Of a stretch of 26,975 nucleotides of DNA, positions 26,647-26,975 are shown piece after piece. The position numbers and the translations under genes were made by a program. Position 1 is the first letter of the stretch. Every line of letters starts with the position of its first letter. The notes beneath the pieces were generated by a model. It had not been told where the DNA came from. It worked only from the letters and a program-made list of their open reading frames with translations, and did no database searches. This stretch comes from Candidatus Thorarchaeota archaeon (GTDB lineage Archaea; Asgardarchaeota; Thorarchaeia; Thorarchaeales; Thorarchaeaceae): NCBI GenBank assembly GCA_003345595.1, contig PRDI01000085.1, positions 1-26,975 on the forward strand, given 5' to 3'.

Positions 26647-26975
26647 ATGAAATGCATCCACACGGAGCTGTGCGACATCCTTGGCATCCAGCACCCAATA
26701 CTGCAAGGAGGCATGGGCCCGTACAAGACTGAAGCACTGGCAACCGCGGTGTCCAATGCAGGTGCTCTTGGAGTCATAAGCAGCATTGGGATGGCGGCCA
26801 CAATGATACCAGATGCTGCTCCGATAGATGCGGTCCGGCTGTTCGGGACAGACCCACCAGAAGTAATTCTTCAGAAGTCGATTGAGGCCGTGGCAAAGGG
26901 AACTCACGGATCTGGAGGAGTATTCGGCGTGAATATACCGGTCGCCTCAGAGTTCACTTTGGCCTCAGAGATGTT
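26647..26975 (+). CDS. Nitronate monooxygenase / FabK-like FMN oxidoreductase (3'-truncated; absent from ORF track)
   Basis: Own translation: MKCIHTELCDILGIQHPILQGGMGPYKTEALATAVSNAGALGVIS...FGVNIP. The frame is open to the window end. Confidence 0.9.
   Translation, partial: MKCIHTELCDILGIQHPILQGGMGPYKTEALATAVSNAGALGVISSIGMAATMIPDAAPIDAVRLFGTDPPEVILQKSIEAVAKGTHGSGGVFGVNIPVASEFTLASEM

Noticed and set aside
1-26975. Selenocysteine/pyrrolysine read-through or programmed frameshifts
   Set aside because: All recognised proteins appear complete at their stops. The TAG-GTG junction at 557-562 is in frame, but the permease ends in a normal basic tail, so a read-through fusion is unsupported.

Overview
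Gene-dense archaeal window, inferred to be Asgard (Thorarchaeota-like) from TATA boxes about 24 nt before start codons, heavily N-x-S/T-decorated single-pass surface proteins with cytoplasmic domains, and TPR and SCP2 genes. The left half (1-14372) is a tightly packed + strand operon with gaps of 0, 4, 1 and -4 nt. It encodes an ABC-2 permease, an ABC ATPase with a duplicated ~106-aa N-terminal domain, a 1448-aa membrane-anchored subtilase, a second ABC ATPase and a 2263-aa surface protein. The subtilase appears to have Ala in place of its catalytic Ser and carries a GIFT (GldG/IFT52, site-1-protease-like) domain. The surface protein has an FG-GAP-like propeller, ~75 Ca-binding TSP3-like repeats, a TM helix and a cytoplasmic Ig-like domain. 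This operon is the best candidate for an undescribed cell-surface system. The right half holds a TPR gene and a threonine-synthase-like PLP enzyme. These converge on a - strand cluster (giant GNAT fusion, MurL-like PP-loop enzyme, non-canonical D-Ala-D-Ala-ligase-like ATP-grasp, GNAT), a second candidate system for unusual peptide or D-amino-acid chemistry. A second TPR gene, an SCP2 lipid-binding gene, one or two possible small membrane ORFs and the 5' part of a nitronate monooxygenase/FabK-family gene follow. No rRNA, tRNA, CRISPR or mobile element was recognised. All family calls come from motifs read by eye, not from database searches.
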